Assembly (NCBI GenBank): GCA_965649765.1
Contig: OZ287754.1
Coordinates: 50,778,001-50,842,000 of the forward strand
Length of the DNA stretch: 64,000 nucleotides
Direction: 5' to 3'
From: Bispira polyomma
Lineage: Eukaryota
A program made the translations under genes and the position numbers. Below the pieces are notes generated by a model that made no database searches, had not been told where the DNA came from, and worked only from the letters and a program-made list of their open reading frames with translations. Positions 22,467 to 35,449 of the stretch are shown here, piece by piece. Numbering within the stretch: position 1 is the stretch's first letter; every line of letters begins with the position of its first letter.

Positions 22467-23570
22467 TCAAACCCTCTGATCTGACTTGTCCTCAGTTATC
22501 ACAGCTTTCCCTGCCTCTTTCTGTTTACGATTACACTTAATTTCAGCGTGGTCGTAATACTTGTGTACCACACGGTAGCAGTAGCCACAAGAGTGTTTCT
22601 GCAAGCGCCCACCTTCATAATGGTCCTGGTCAAATTTGCAGTTCCCTTTCACAAATTTGGCATATACATTGATCTTAGCCGAACTGTCCCTGTTACCATA
22701 ACTGTCCCGATTCCCAGAGTATCCACTGTTATCTGTCTTAAGGGCATGCTGTGTGAAATGCTGTCTGATTCTATCTATCTCTGCCTGGTCCTTTCAGGAC
22801 ACCATAACCCTCTCTATTTCTGACAAGATAGAGGCATGTGCACGCTTAGCTGTGGCCCACTATGGTCCATAGCATCCTGCATCAAATTATATTGATACTT
22901 AAGCATTTTTTGCCTAGCCGTTTCGTCCGTTTCGAATAAAACACACCGAGAAAACCCTTGAACCCACTGATAATGGATAACTCTTCATAGGTGGGCATCT
23001 TCAAAGCATCTGAGAGCATACAGTGATCATGAGGCCAGGTTACTGAAACTTTAACTTGCTGGTCGCCCAGCCTATATCGCCCTGACTTAAGTTTACTGGG
23101 AGCTTGGAGTTCATTCCTTGACATATCCTGGTACTGGCGAAGTCTTCTATCTACCTCGTCCTGAATAGCCGAATCGGTGCGGAGAAAATCCATGGAGGCA
23201 GTCGTTCAGTCGCCATGTTAGTGAGTACAGTGTCTCGTCGAGTCGAAGTTCGGCGTTTGGGTGAGCTGTGTGCTGACGGCACAGGCTCCAGTGACAGAGC
23301 CGAATCGCGAACTCGCTCCTGAGCTTCCAGTCTTTCTTCTAATTCTGCAAAGTTCCCCATCATCCGGTCGAGTTTTGCAAGCACTTCTATATTCTGAGAT
23401 TTGCGTCCCCGTTTCTTGGTAGTTTTGGTCCTTGTTTCCGTATGAAATTGGGACTCGTCCACAGTCCCTAGTGTAGCTTCTGCAGTGTTTCGGCCTTGGG
23501 TTGACGTGGAGGGCAGCCCTGGTGTCGGAACCTGCTCTTCCTCAGAGGAAGATGACAGCACTCCCTCCAT
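22467..23570 (-). pseudogene. Gag-like protein of DIRS element 1 (fragmented, C-terminal Cys/His finger)
   Basis: Similar to gag 58507-59883 (KSGR, WP, PTYEELS vs PTFDELT, C-terminal C..H...H.C..C..H...C). Confidence 0.75.
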
Positions 23571-26334
23571 AGCATCCTTCTTTTAACATAAGTCGCTGCT
23601 CCGGGTGTTATAAGACTTTTTAAGCGTATCCAGTGCTATGTAATGACCAACTGATAAAACACTAAATTGTAAAAGTTGCACTAAAATGTATGTAAAAATT
23701 GTTAGTAGTTAAAAAATATAATCCCAAAGAGCTTTTCATGCATCCACTGCAAAAATTTCTGAAGAATGAGACTAAGAGGCCCCGGCTGTTTACAAGCTTC
23801 GGGAATTTTGGCAGGAAATTTGGCACTGTGTTCAGTTAATGACTATCAATGTGACACCAGGTGAGAGGCTGAAAGCTGATGCTGTCATTCATAATGCATG
23901 CGTTCAATACACTGCTATATAATATTACAATTTCCAAACAAAATATTTTTATTCATGTAAATTAAGCTATATATATATTTTTAGACAACAAATAACTATA
24001 TTTTATTTAACTCTCATATATAAAGTACAGTTTATTCCTGAATTTTTTTGCTGTGGAGTAAGGCTTCAAATCATCTTCTTTTGCAGGGTATAGGATTGTT
24101 ATTGCAGATGGTCTTGGTACTAAAAGTGAAACTGTGTCTGAAAGGCTACACTTGAATCGACTTATGGCCAGTTTTCTATAGGGATAAGCCATCTGTTGAG
24201 ATGTTGACTTACAAGACTGTTTTTCTTTTGGCCTTGGCTTATGCAAAATAAGAAGTGAGATCATTCTTGGACTCCTAATTCCTTAAGTTATAAGGAGAAT
24301 TGGTTATTTTTTGAAGGTTATTTCTTACCATCATCAGTTTTTTTAGCAAAGAACCAATTGGCTTATTTCTGATATGTGGTTATTAAACAATTGGTTATTC
24401 CAGCTTTAAAACCTCAGTTAAATAGAGTTTAGTTGAGTATAGGTCACTTTGCCCTGTGAGAGCTTTGAAGTACTATCTGATGAAATATATTAAAATGTCA
24501 AAATAACTTGGGAATAAACAAGTTTCGATTTTTCCTGCTGAAACCCCTAGCTGTAAGCAGGGCCATTAAATTTTAATTAAATCCTGTTTATCAAACAGAA
24601 TATATATAGATTTTTCAATATTAACAAATACTATTTACATTAGATATTATCCCATTATTTATATCTAAAAATATAATAGTATGATATAAAATGTATGTTG
24701 ATTTGGACTTTTTTATCACAGAATTCCCAAAAATATTTCAGGTTAAATGTTTAAAATGTGGTTGTTTCATAAATATACACAATATTTCAGAGCTCACAAG
24801 AAAGCCAGGTCAGTGGTTGAAAATGGGTTTGACAGTGTTCCACAGTATTCCCTATTTAGTTTGCATAATAGAGTTTGACATATTTTAGGCTTGTGCAAGG
24901 CTAGCTGTTCTATGTTTCAGCTGGATTTCTTTTAACACAGGAAATTTAGTATGCAGGGGTTACCCTCGATGTATATACCAAATTTAATTGCAGACATCAA
25001 ATTCCCTGAAAGTTTGTATCAAATTTAATCCCCCCTCCCCACCACCTCTAGCTGTGTTGTGTAAGATATCTTGTTCTGTGTACTTTATTTCAACAAATGA
25101 GTTAACCATACACTTAAGCATACACTGTCATAAATTCACCTTACTGAATCACTTTGGTTCAATAGAGTGCACCTTGTGAGAGCTTTTTATAATATGTGTA
25201 TGATTTAGATACACAATAATATACTGTTGTTTAAATCTGTTTTGTCATTTTTTCTACTTCAATTAATTTAAGGAATAATTTTTAAAATGTTCACCATAAT
25301 TATTGCAATAAAATAATATTTCATGTGCTCTTCACTGAAACTTGATTTCTTTATAAACCAAAGTATTAATCAGAAACCCCAAATGTGCCTCTTTGCTTTG
25401 TATTAGGTTTTTGGGTAAAACAGCAGATCCAGCCTTTTTTAAAGGTGTAGTATTGCATAAGATGACAAGCCATTTTACTAGTTTTACCATATATCAGTGC
25501 AGTGTTTTGTATAGGGACACAAAAGGAGTGAGAGTAATAACTTTCAGCTAGCTATATGTGCATTAGCAGATTCATGCATTTTTATTTAAAACATTCTTTC
25601 AAAGTTTTCTAAATACCAACACTTATAAAGACACTGATGGTTACTCACCAGTGGATATTTAAGCACTACTTTTTTAGTAACAAGAACATTGAAAACAAAA
25701 TATTAACAAATTCTCAACATGGCAAAAAAAACACCACATATGTGTATTTTCTTATGGAGATAAATACACACACACAACCCATACCACCCAATGACGTGTA
25801 AAACATGAGCAACAATGGCGGATAGTTGTTGTGTAGAGAAGGTCAGTTTTCTCAGAAAAAGAGGAATATCTCGCTAACCACAGAAGTGGAAGTTGTTTAC
25901 TGCTGTGGACTGAGATTTATTTGTGTTTCTCTGGGATATACCGGGACATGTACACATTGAGCAACTACTTCTTTAAGGACACATCACTTTTTTGCATTGT
26001 CCTTTAGGGAGAGATTTTGTTACCTGTTTGCCTTATTTCTTTGTAAAAAAGTATAAGAATAAGTGCTATGTGTGCGCAAAATTTCGGATGTGTATGTACT
26101 GCAAGTGTATCAAATTTGGTTTAGTGTATATTTAGTTCTTCAAAAATTTGCATTCGTTACAAAATGAATGGACTTTTACTCTTCTCACTATTAGGCTATG
26201 AACAACTAATTGCAACTAAACTATGTATATCACTATCTGACTATTTATCTATACATATTGACTAACTATCTAACTATATCACACAGTTAAATCTGTCACA
26301 CTTATATGCAGAATTTTATAAATTTGTTCACCTG

Positions 26335-28345
26335 GGGCCGGTTTCACCAAACCTCCTTTAATAAAGGAGCTCCTTAAATCTAAGGTTTTCCTTAGATTTC
26401 CTCCTTCCTTTCGTAAGGGGTGTTTCACCAAACCTCCTTAAATAAAAGGAGACCTTGAAATTTAAGGTTTCTTCCTTAAATCTTAAGGAAACTCAGAAGG
26501 TACCTTAGTTTCCTCCTTTACATAAATAATCAATTGTTTTCATAATTTGTGCATACATTTTAAGCTGTTTTTTGCCTAGTAATTATTTGAAAGTGTAATG
26601 CAAACATCTAAGAAAGAAATAGTTGGTAAATATTTTATCTGAAAGTAACTATTTTCATCCTAACTATTCATACTGTACACTATACCAACCATAACTTCAG
26701 TTTTTCATGTAGTACTTAAACAGATCATCCTAAATATTGATAAAAAAGTCTTAAATTCAAACAATATCCCAATATGTTGGTTATAAAACCTAAATTTAAC
26801 ATTATGCTGAAATCAAAATTAAATACCTATACTCAAATAAGCTCATACTTAAACCCACTTAGAATCCCTAAATATAGTGATTATATTTAAGTTTACAAAG
26901 TCAGTGTCTTTAAATATTTTAGTCTTCCCTGTTATAAGTTAATTAAGCATAGAATTATTTTCCATATACTTTGAAACACAACCACACTTCCTGGGATTTT
27001 CCCAGCATTGCTGATATAATATTTATATATACATGTACATTGTTTCAATCTATTGTTTAAAAAAGTGACAAAATATACAAAAAATCATAATTTAAATGTA
27101 TAGATAGAGATACAAGTTGGTCCTACATATCGCAGTTGCACACAGGTGTTTCAAGTACATCTACTTGTATCTTGTGGTGCCAAAGCAGTGACCTGATAAA
27201 ATAATGTTTATTTCAGATTGTATAATAAAGTTATGGAAAAAAATAAATAATAACAGGAAATAAGATGAAGAAGCATACAGAAATGCTGTTTCTGTCCAAT
27301 TAAATCCCTAGGTGGCACTCAGTCTTGCACTTTATGCTAGCTGCAAAACTGTCTAGAAATCATACCACTTGACTTGACATATAAACAAATTTAAAACCTT
27401 ATTTTAAAGAATCTGTCAAAAGATTTTTTATTAACATTGTTGTATGACAAGTGTTTGATGTATACCTATTTCAGTACATTTGGCTTTTTATTATATCCTA
27501 CGCAACATACTTAAATTTAAGTAAAAACATCAAATCCTGTCCAGAATTCGTACCACCCGTGTACTTAGGTCAAACACGTGCCATTATGTAATCTTGTCTT
27601 TGTAATTAAAACCTGCATATTTATTTCTGTTGTATACACTGTAGTGTAAGGACATAATACAGTATGACATATATTAACTAAAATAGTATTTTAAATGTTT
27701 ATGTTATAAAAATATATACTGTGTTTTTTTAAACTACAAACTATAACTATATATGAGGGAGGCTAATATATGTATTGTCACTTGGATACACACATACTTG
27801 GGATATTTATGTTTAAAAGAGAACCAAATTAAAACAAACAGAAAAAAATTCTGTGGGAAATTTGTATCATGTGTTGTAAAATAACCAAACAAATGATACA
27901 AATTTACCTGTCGAATTTATGCAATTGTATAAAGATGTATTTCAGACTATTTCTTCAGTGATACATATGATGTTGTTTTGATAATTTAGCACATAGAACT
28001 TTCAGTTGGATATGTTTGTGGCCACTGTAAGGTAAAGTATCAGTGAATTATTTTTGCTACTTCAAAATTTCATGTATTATATTACTAAAGAATTCCCTCA
28101 AGATTTGAGATCATTTGATAACATACAAAAGCTTAAAATTTGCTTTTGTTTACAAATGAAACAAGGATTTTCATTGGATAACAGTGATAATCTCCCTCCT
28201 TTAGTTTAAGGGAAAAACCTTTGGTAAGGAGAATTAAAGGAGGCTTGGTGAAACCGGATTTAAGGGAGGCTTACCAAAGGAAGGAAAAGCTCCTTCCTTT
28301 AGTTAAAGGAGGGAGAAAACTAAGGAGGTTTGGTGAAACCGGCCC
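26335..28345. mobile_element. Non-autonomous Harbinger-type element, 2011 bp, 24-bp TIR, CTG TSD
   Basis: TIR GGGCCGGTTTCACCAAACCTCCTT is perfect at both ends. CTG at 26332-26334 and 28346-28348. Subterminal TTTCACCAA/CCTT repeats. AT-rich non-coding interior. Confidence 0.9.
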
Positions 28346-28760
28346 CTGTTCTAAGAAACCAACATCATACCACACTGCAGCCTGTACAGTGTGTTTATGT
28401 ATTTTTTTTTCAAATCTTCCAAGAAACCTGCAAATGTTTTACCTTTTGCAAGAAATCCACATTAGACTACATTGCAGCCTACAGAGTGTTTCATGGGACT
28501 GAATAAATTTTTTCACCCTTTTGTAAGAGCCCATATTACATTCACATTGTAGCCTGTACTGTGTTTTTGTCACTGAATAAATTTTATTTTATTTCATCTG
28601 TTGTAAGAAGCCCTTGTTAAACCACACTGCAGCCTGTGCAGTGTTTTATGCCCCTGAATAAATATTTTCACTTAAAAGAAACCCTGTAAAGTGTTTTGTG
28701 CCTTTGAATAAAGTTTTTCACCTGTTGTAAGAAGCCCATATTAGACCACACTGCAGCCTA
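28346..28760. repeat. Diverged tandem repeat (~70-95 bp unit, ~5-6 copies)
   Basis: Recurring CACA(C/T)TG(C/T)AGCCT...TGAATAAA...TTCACCTGTTGTAAGAAGCCC. Confidence 0.75.
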
Positions 28761-29351
28761 TGTGTGCAATATGTGCAATAAATATACAATAATATGTTCA
28801 GGTTCAAATTTATTCAAAATTTGAGACTTTCTGAATAGTCTCAAATTTGATTGGAGTCACTATGTAGATCAATAAAGTGATATACAAGCCCAAGCAAGGT
28901 TTATCATTCTCTTCAAAGCCAACATTTGGAGCAAATGGCCATTAAAATCCAGTAAAAAGTTATGGTGAATGATCACACAATTTTGCTTCACGTTTCATTT
29001 GCCAAGTACACATTTGTTTCTTGTTGTATGCTGTGAAAGTTCGAAATAGTAATACCTTCAAAAGCTGTGGAATTTATCAAACTGACAATAAGAGAGTAAG
29101 TTAGTCAAGTTACCAAATATATATTTCAATAATTTTCAGTTTTATAGCAAATTTTAATAGTAATACTGTATTGGAGAGCTTTCTGTCATCAGACAGATTG
29201 TAAAATTTACCAGCATGAACAAAACTAAAAAAGTACATGCTATATATTTTAAAACCAAGATTCAGCCTTAAACTAAATAACAATTGCTGCAGATTTATTA
29301 ACTTCACAATTTTAATTCACGTGTGTTCAATCAAACCAGTTAATGTTTGGC

Positions 29352-32300
29352 TATGTGGACGAAATGTACAAAAATTTGCCATGTGACATCTTTGGAAGAG
29401 CCTTTATCCTTGATTACAAGGGGAAATGTTCACATCAGTGGCTGAATATTATGATCGATTTTGAGAAGCGCAAAAAAGCTGCCAGGCCTGGTGGCAAATC
29501 TTCCAACATTCCACTCCACATGGAATTTGCTCAACAATTTGAGAAGTTCACTAACAAGGACTTTGAGTCTGTATTTAAGGCCACCACAAGTTATAGGGTG
29601 AAGTTGTCCTCATCTCGTATGCTCTGCATCTCTTCCCGGAAAATGGCGCAGCAAATATCTGAAAAAAAATAAAAAAAATATTACTCATTTTAATATTAAG
29701 TACAGACACTGTTATAATTGCTGTGTGGATGGAAATATGAAAGTAGAAATAACAGAAATTGAAATACTTGATTGGTATTATAATATATATTACATCAATT
29801 TGGTAATATTTAGATGTAAATAGAGAACTGTGGATTTTGAGTACCCTTATCATACTATGTTTTGTATTGTTCTGTGCTGATCTAAAGAATACTCCAAAAC
29901 TTGTAAGGCTAACATCTTTGGGAGTGATTGTCACTCATGCCACCAGTATAATGAAAATTATAGTGATTTCCCAAGGAGAGAGTTAGTACTTAAGAGATAA
30001 GTCAGGTGAAATAACAACTGATCCAATAAGGGCGTGCACTCCACTTAATAGATCCAACAAAACGAAAACACCTGGCATTTATTGCTGTACAAAAGATGTA
30101 GAAATAATAGAAGAAAGAAGAAGAATGGATATATATACTGGGATTGTTGGATGTGTGTACAATTACTGAAGTATTATTAGAGATTTAAATCTAAGGTAGC
30201 AGCTTGACATTTATACAAAACAATACAAATGCATTCAAACACAGAAATATGATGTATGTAATTAATTTAACATTTTGCATCCACAGTAACAATATAATGT
30301 GCCTGCACTTACTAAACAAAAGTCCCGTGTTGAATCTGGTTGTGATAATCATTTTGAAGACTGGGGTGTTGCTCATAATGTTGTTGAAGTCTGGGGTGTT
30401 GCGCATGGTGGTGTTCTTGATGAGTGGCTGAGGTGTAGCTCCATTTAACCGTTTCATCTATATTGTCCTGCTGTCTGCTCCACCTATTGATTGAGATAGG
30501 AGTCCCATCCTCAGGTCTGAGCCACTGCTGAACATCAACTGAACACATTGGTAGAGCACGGTACTTGGGCATCTTGAAGCCATCTTCTCCAATTGTGGGT
30601 GAATAGGTTTTTGGTGTGAGGTTGGAGTAATGAAGGAATTGTAGTCTATGTTCTTTTCTTTTATTTGTTTTTTAATAACACCACACACACGCTCTCATTC
30701 TAACTCACATTACTATTCACTTTAACATTTTAACATTTCGATATTGTAGTTAGTAGCTAGCTTGCATCTACACTTGAGTTCTTATTAAGGCTGGGCTCAT
30801 CAGAGCTGGTGGAGCCAGAGAATCCAAGTATAAACACAGCAGCGTTACCTCCCACAGAATGAGTCACAGTAAATCTCTAGAATAATTAAATATCATTTCC
30901 TCTGTATAACACTATATATATATTTTCACATTTGTGTAATTGTTCAAGTTTGTATGAAGTAACTTTGATATTAATTCCATATCATCTATTATTATTTCAT
31001 ATGTTTCATATATTTTGTATAAACATTTCACTATATTATTCCAAGCTCAGGCTATTAGTTCTGTACTGCAGAATGATAACCGGCTGCCCATTCTTCCCCC
31101 AAAGTGCTAAGCTAAAGTAACACTTTGAAAGCAGCCAGCTAGTTGTCCCAGTGACCCAAGAAGCTAGTGTGTCACAGCCCCTGTGACCCAAGAAGATGGT
31201 CACTTGTAGTAATGCACCCACCATCACGCCTTGTGGTGGGTGAAGTCAGTCTCACTTACTGACTATCTGAAGTCAACTCTAACCTATGTAGAACTGAATT
31301 GCCTGGCTAAGGCTCTACCTCATATAGCGAAATAAGTGATAGGCATAATAAGGATTTACACAGCCCTTAGCCAATAAGCATTAAGATTGAAGAAGTATTT
31401 AATTATAAACCTGCCAGCTGTTGTTTAGGTCTCCAGCTATCACAATGCATTGTACAGAATTAACACCTTTGCTCTACACATATATAATTAGACTAACACA
31501 ATGCCATGACACAATGAAATGTCACAAAGGACTTCTTACATAATAGCTAGAGACATGTGGCTTTCCCCAATAATTAATGTCACATTACAAACTTGTAAAA
31601 TGGTCTAAATAAATATATAGACATTGCCTTTGTTGTTGCTTTAGTTTATAATACTAATGACAAAAGCTAAAAAAGAAATACTAATACAATGTACTTTAAT
31701 AAAATATATTCTATATTTTTAGAAACTCTTACAATATCCTATAATTCTATAGTTCCATAAATTACATCTTCCCACAGCTCTTTGACGGTGTCCAGTGTAG
31801 TAGTATTGAATCGCACGTGACAGATCTACTGCAGCAGAAAGCAGTGAGTGGTGTGAAGCATATCTTCCTGGTTGGTGGATTTGGAGAGAGCATCTACTTG
31901 AATGAGATGCTCAGCCAGAAGTTTGGACAAGGCCGTACCATACTGATACCTGAAGAGGCAAGCATGTGTATACTGAAAGATGCTGTACACTACAGTCAGA
32001 GGCTTTCTGATGTAACATCCAGGGTGTCCAGATTTACTTATGCTATATGCAAAAATCGAAGCTTTATTGAGGGTCAGGATCCAGAGGAACACAAAAAGGT
32101 AAAAGAAGGCGCTGCAAAAATGATACACAAGTTGGAGACATTAGTAAAGGCAGGAGAAGAATTACCCATGGAAAAAGTTCGCTCAAAAATAGGTTCTCCA
32201 ATGACACCAGACCAGAAGAAAGCTTCAATTGCTTTATTTAGCAGTAGAGACAGTCCACGTGACCAAAAGGCCCACCCACAAGATGGAAATGCTTCCCAAA

Positions 32301-32455
32301 TAGCCAATATAACTGTTAGTAGTCCTGACACATCAAAAAGTAAACAAAGAAACATTTGAGTTAACATGTCTTTTGGTGGAACAGAGATTTATTTCAGTGC
32401 TGTGGATGTTGAGTCAGGAAATGATGCTAGGACAAATATTGATATTGACAGCTAA
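29352..32455 (+). pseudogene. HSPA12-like pseudogene (last exon of a gene A duplicate), split by a 2.1-kb insertion
   Basis: 29352-29652 (YVDEMYKNLPCDIFGRAF...KMAQ) and 31775-32455 (LFDGV...HIFLVGGFGES...) are homologous to exon 5 of gene A. Premature TGA at 32357-32359; original stop at 32453-32455. Exons 1-4 not seen. Confidence 0.9.
29653..31774. mobile_element. Unclassified ~2.1-kb insertion inside the HSPA12 pseudo-exon, flanked by CAGC
   Basis: Breaks the collinear match to gene A at GCGCA^TCTCTTT. CAGC at 29649-29652 and 31775-31778. The minus strand starts GGGAAGA-TGTAAT (PPT/LTR-like). No recognisable protein domain. Confidence 0.55.
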
Positions 32456-34149
32456 ACATGGAAAACAGCAGTTAAAATCCTACATTTGATGCAGTTTTAT
32501 TGGTGAAACTTTTATTACACCATGCGTGACAATATATATTAACACAACATGTCCATTCATTACACTTTGTTTTACTGAAATCAATTAATCAGAGAATGTC
32601 TTGCACAATTATATATCAAGTTGTATATCTAGTTGCCCACACTCAAACATAACCCTTCTGTAGAGGTACCATATTAAATTTCACTTTGAAACTGTTCATG
32701 TTGAACAAATAGCCGGGTTACATATCATCCATCATCTCCCACCTCTCACCTTGTATCTAGCAGGTGCTATATCATTTAAAGTTGTAGCACCTTCTAAGTG
32801 GAACAGTCTCCTTGTGAGTATCCGTACTGAAACAACGAATACAAACTTCTGCCAAAAAACTGAAAATCTATCTGTATCAACTTGTCCAAAAGGGAGTTGT
32901 CAGCTCTGATCAGTGTTTAGTACAGATGAGCAATAAAGTAAATCTAAACAAACTATCGTACTACACATTGTGTATAACTTTAAATGATACTATGCTTGCT
33001 TTGGGTGATAATGCAGTATATAAATGATTGCTATGTTACTTATGTTTGTTACTTTGCTATTTGTAATTGCTATTTAATTGATACTTTACTTATATTTGTT
33101 AATTTGCTATTTGTAATTGCTCTTAAATGTATTTTTGTTGGATTTTAGCTATTGTATAGACAGTTGGAAGTTAAACCAAAAACAAAATATATACAACTTG
33201 TTTTTCTACCAAGAGAACAACATTCCATGAAGCTGAAGCACATTTTAAGAAACTTCTATCTATACATTTCACATTGATTTCAGTTGCACATTTGCTTGTC
33301 CCATAACAGGGGGATTTTTTCTGCAATATCGAGAAAATTAGTTATTTTTACTGTTTAGGTTATAGACAAGCTATAACATTTGATCAAGAGCGTTCACTTT
33401 ACTTTACTTGCTTTTACTACATAGTAATCACTGCATCATCTTTTTGAAATGTGAAAGATCATTTATCTTGAGGACAAAAAAAAAAAAAACAACAAAAAAT
33501 GTAGACAATTATGATCTGGACAAGTTAATTTTATCTGATGAACCACCAATTCCAAAATAGGTTTTCCAAAAACTTTCTTTTTTGAATTGGGCAGCAATAA
33601 TGCAAGGCAGTCTTACTGCACACAACATTTCCCCAATGCAGCCCTCTTTACATAATCATAAAGCACACCAGCGACCAAGAAATAAACACCTACCTGACTT
33701 TACATTTAAAGTCTAAAAAGGCTCTTTTCAGAGCCACCTATATATTCCAAAAACAATTCAAAGCTGTTTGTTACTTCATGAGTAATTACATATTTGTTTT
33801 CTGTAAGAATGATTCTTACACACATAATTACATTATCATATTTTTTTCTATTTCAAGGTCATTGCTGCAAGGTCGAAGTAACATTGGACCATACTGTTGA
33901 TGCATATCTACAGCCTCAGATAAATATTTGTAGCCAAACTAAAATATAAACATTCTCTCGTGTGCGTGAATTAGAAGCAGAGTCCTGTAGTCAGAAAGGT
34001 AATGATAGTAGTGGTAAACTGAACGTCCAAGCATTTTCTTCATCAGTATTGTCAGGTATAAGTTCTGAAATTCACACCTCCGAGGGCGTTTTTTCTGATC
34101 GTCTGCCCTCTCTTTTTTGATTTCTCATATTACAAGTGTCAGTGAAATC

Positions 34150-34437
34150 GGGTTTTTTTTTCAGTGAAGGGTGGAGAGATGAACAATTTTTTTTTTTTCA
34201 GTGAAGGGTGGAGAGATGAACAATTTTTTTTTTCTGTGAAGGGTGGAGAGATGAACAATTTTTTTTTTTCTGTGAAGGGTGGAGAGATGAACAATTTTTT
34301 TTTTCTGTGAAGGGTGGAGAGATGAACAATTTTTTTTTCTGTGAAGGGTGGAGAGATGAACAATTATTTTTTTTTTTTTTTCTGTGAAGGGTCAAGAGAT
34401 GAACAATTTTCGTTTCTTTTTCAGGGAAGGGTGGATA
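34150..34437. repeat. Minisatellite (T)n-C(T/A)GTGAAGGGTGGAGAGATGAACAA, ~8 units of ~33-44 bp
   Basis: Six copies of an invariant purine-rich core plus two variants, separated by variable-length T tracts. Confidence 0.95.
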
Positions 34438-34560
34438 GGTATCTTGTATCGTGAATGGATTTCTGATGACTTTAGTAGTTGTCCAGTACTTCAGTATGTA
34501 GTTCCCATAGACTTGAAGAAGGAAATCTTTAGGCAGTTACATAGCAATAGAATTGGGGGA
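34438..34560 (+). mobile_element. Gypsy-type pol fragment (region preceding and including the integrase His-His zinc-binding motif)
   Basis: GILYREW...LQYVVPIDLKKEIFRQLHSNRIGG resembles the G.LYR...LVVP..LR..IL..LH....GGH signature. Confidence 0.65.
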
Positions 34561-35449
34561 CAATTTAATAACAAAAATGACGGGAAATATCTCATGTGTG
34601 CAAAAGATCTTTTAATATTGTACAGACATGTCTATAAAATACTGCATCCACTTGCTGTTACCATAACTTGCCTCGCCAATACTCACTTTGCCCTGGTTTG
34701 CAGAGATACAACCGCAGTATGCTTTGAATTTTATTTCTTTTTTTACCTTTTGAGTTATTTTCAGTATTTTTAGTTTGTAAGTTTATTACCTATATTGTGT
34801 ACATAATTGTTTGTAGTTATAAAAGGACTTTAAAATACTAACACAAACATAATAAAATCAATAAAAATCTTATGTCAAGGACATTGGTTTACTGTCGGGT
34901 ATTTGCTGTTAAGTTTAAGGTAAATTTTGATTTTCCCAAGATCCTCTTTGCCCAAAGTTAGACATGTGTGTGTGTTGTTGCATTGCACAATGTTTTACCC
35001 TCTTTTCCTCCCGTGAACCATATTTACTCAGCTGAAAGTCTGTCACATGTCCTTTGTATCCTTCTCCATTACAAGCTAAGGTCGAACTTTATGAAGTTGT
35101 GGTGTAGTGAGGCCCTTATTTGCTCACCTGACAGTCTGTGTGCCTCTCTTTTTCCTGTCTTCCTTCCTCCACTTAATGTTAGGGGTTACGCAGTCTCAAG
35201 TATCTATATACCTTCTCTGCTGTACTTGCATATATAAACCACCTTTTTATGTGACAAATTAAAAAAATTTAGAGGCGATGCTTTCGAATTTCTCTCTCCC
35301 ATATGATATTGTATTACTATGTCTTGTAACAACTGTGTTTATGGTGTGGGCTTTTACTTATTGTTTTTAGTTTATTGATAATGTAAATCATTGTATGGTT
35401 TTAAATTATCTTGTGTTAGAATAAATGATTCTGCCCAATCCATTACAGC

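Larger units (their letters stand above)
18559..23914 (-). mobile_element. Decayed DIRS-order tyrosine-recombinase retrotransposon 1 (gag, RT/RNaseH, YR) with short inverted terminal matches
   Basis: gag 22467-23570 (KLKSGRYR; CKFDQDH...HSCGYC...HAEIKC), RT 20832-21647 (SRPKPDG..IVDLSWP, KIDLRRAYR), RNaseH 20014-20618 (FVDASLQGLG, HFEMCN, HVRGKDNTYADIL), YR ~18990-19896 (LCPVQAL, HTLRRSAA, GGWKSDA). Inverted matches 18559-18573/23858-23872 and 18599-18608/23905-23914. Confidence 0.9.

Noticed and set aside
23920-26330. Short ORFs in the AT-rich spacer between DIRS element 1 and the Harbinger MITE
   Set aside because: Low-complexity, no motifs, no splice-consistent structure, and no missing HSPA12 exons found there.
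34139-34395. Repetitive ORFs (LFISPPFTEKK)n and CRISPR-like regular spacing
   Set aside because: These are translations of a minisatellite. The spacers are only T-runs, the context is eukaryotic, and no cas genes are present.
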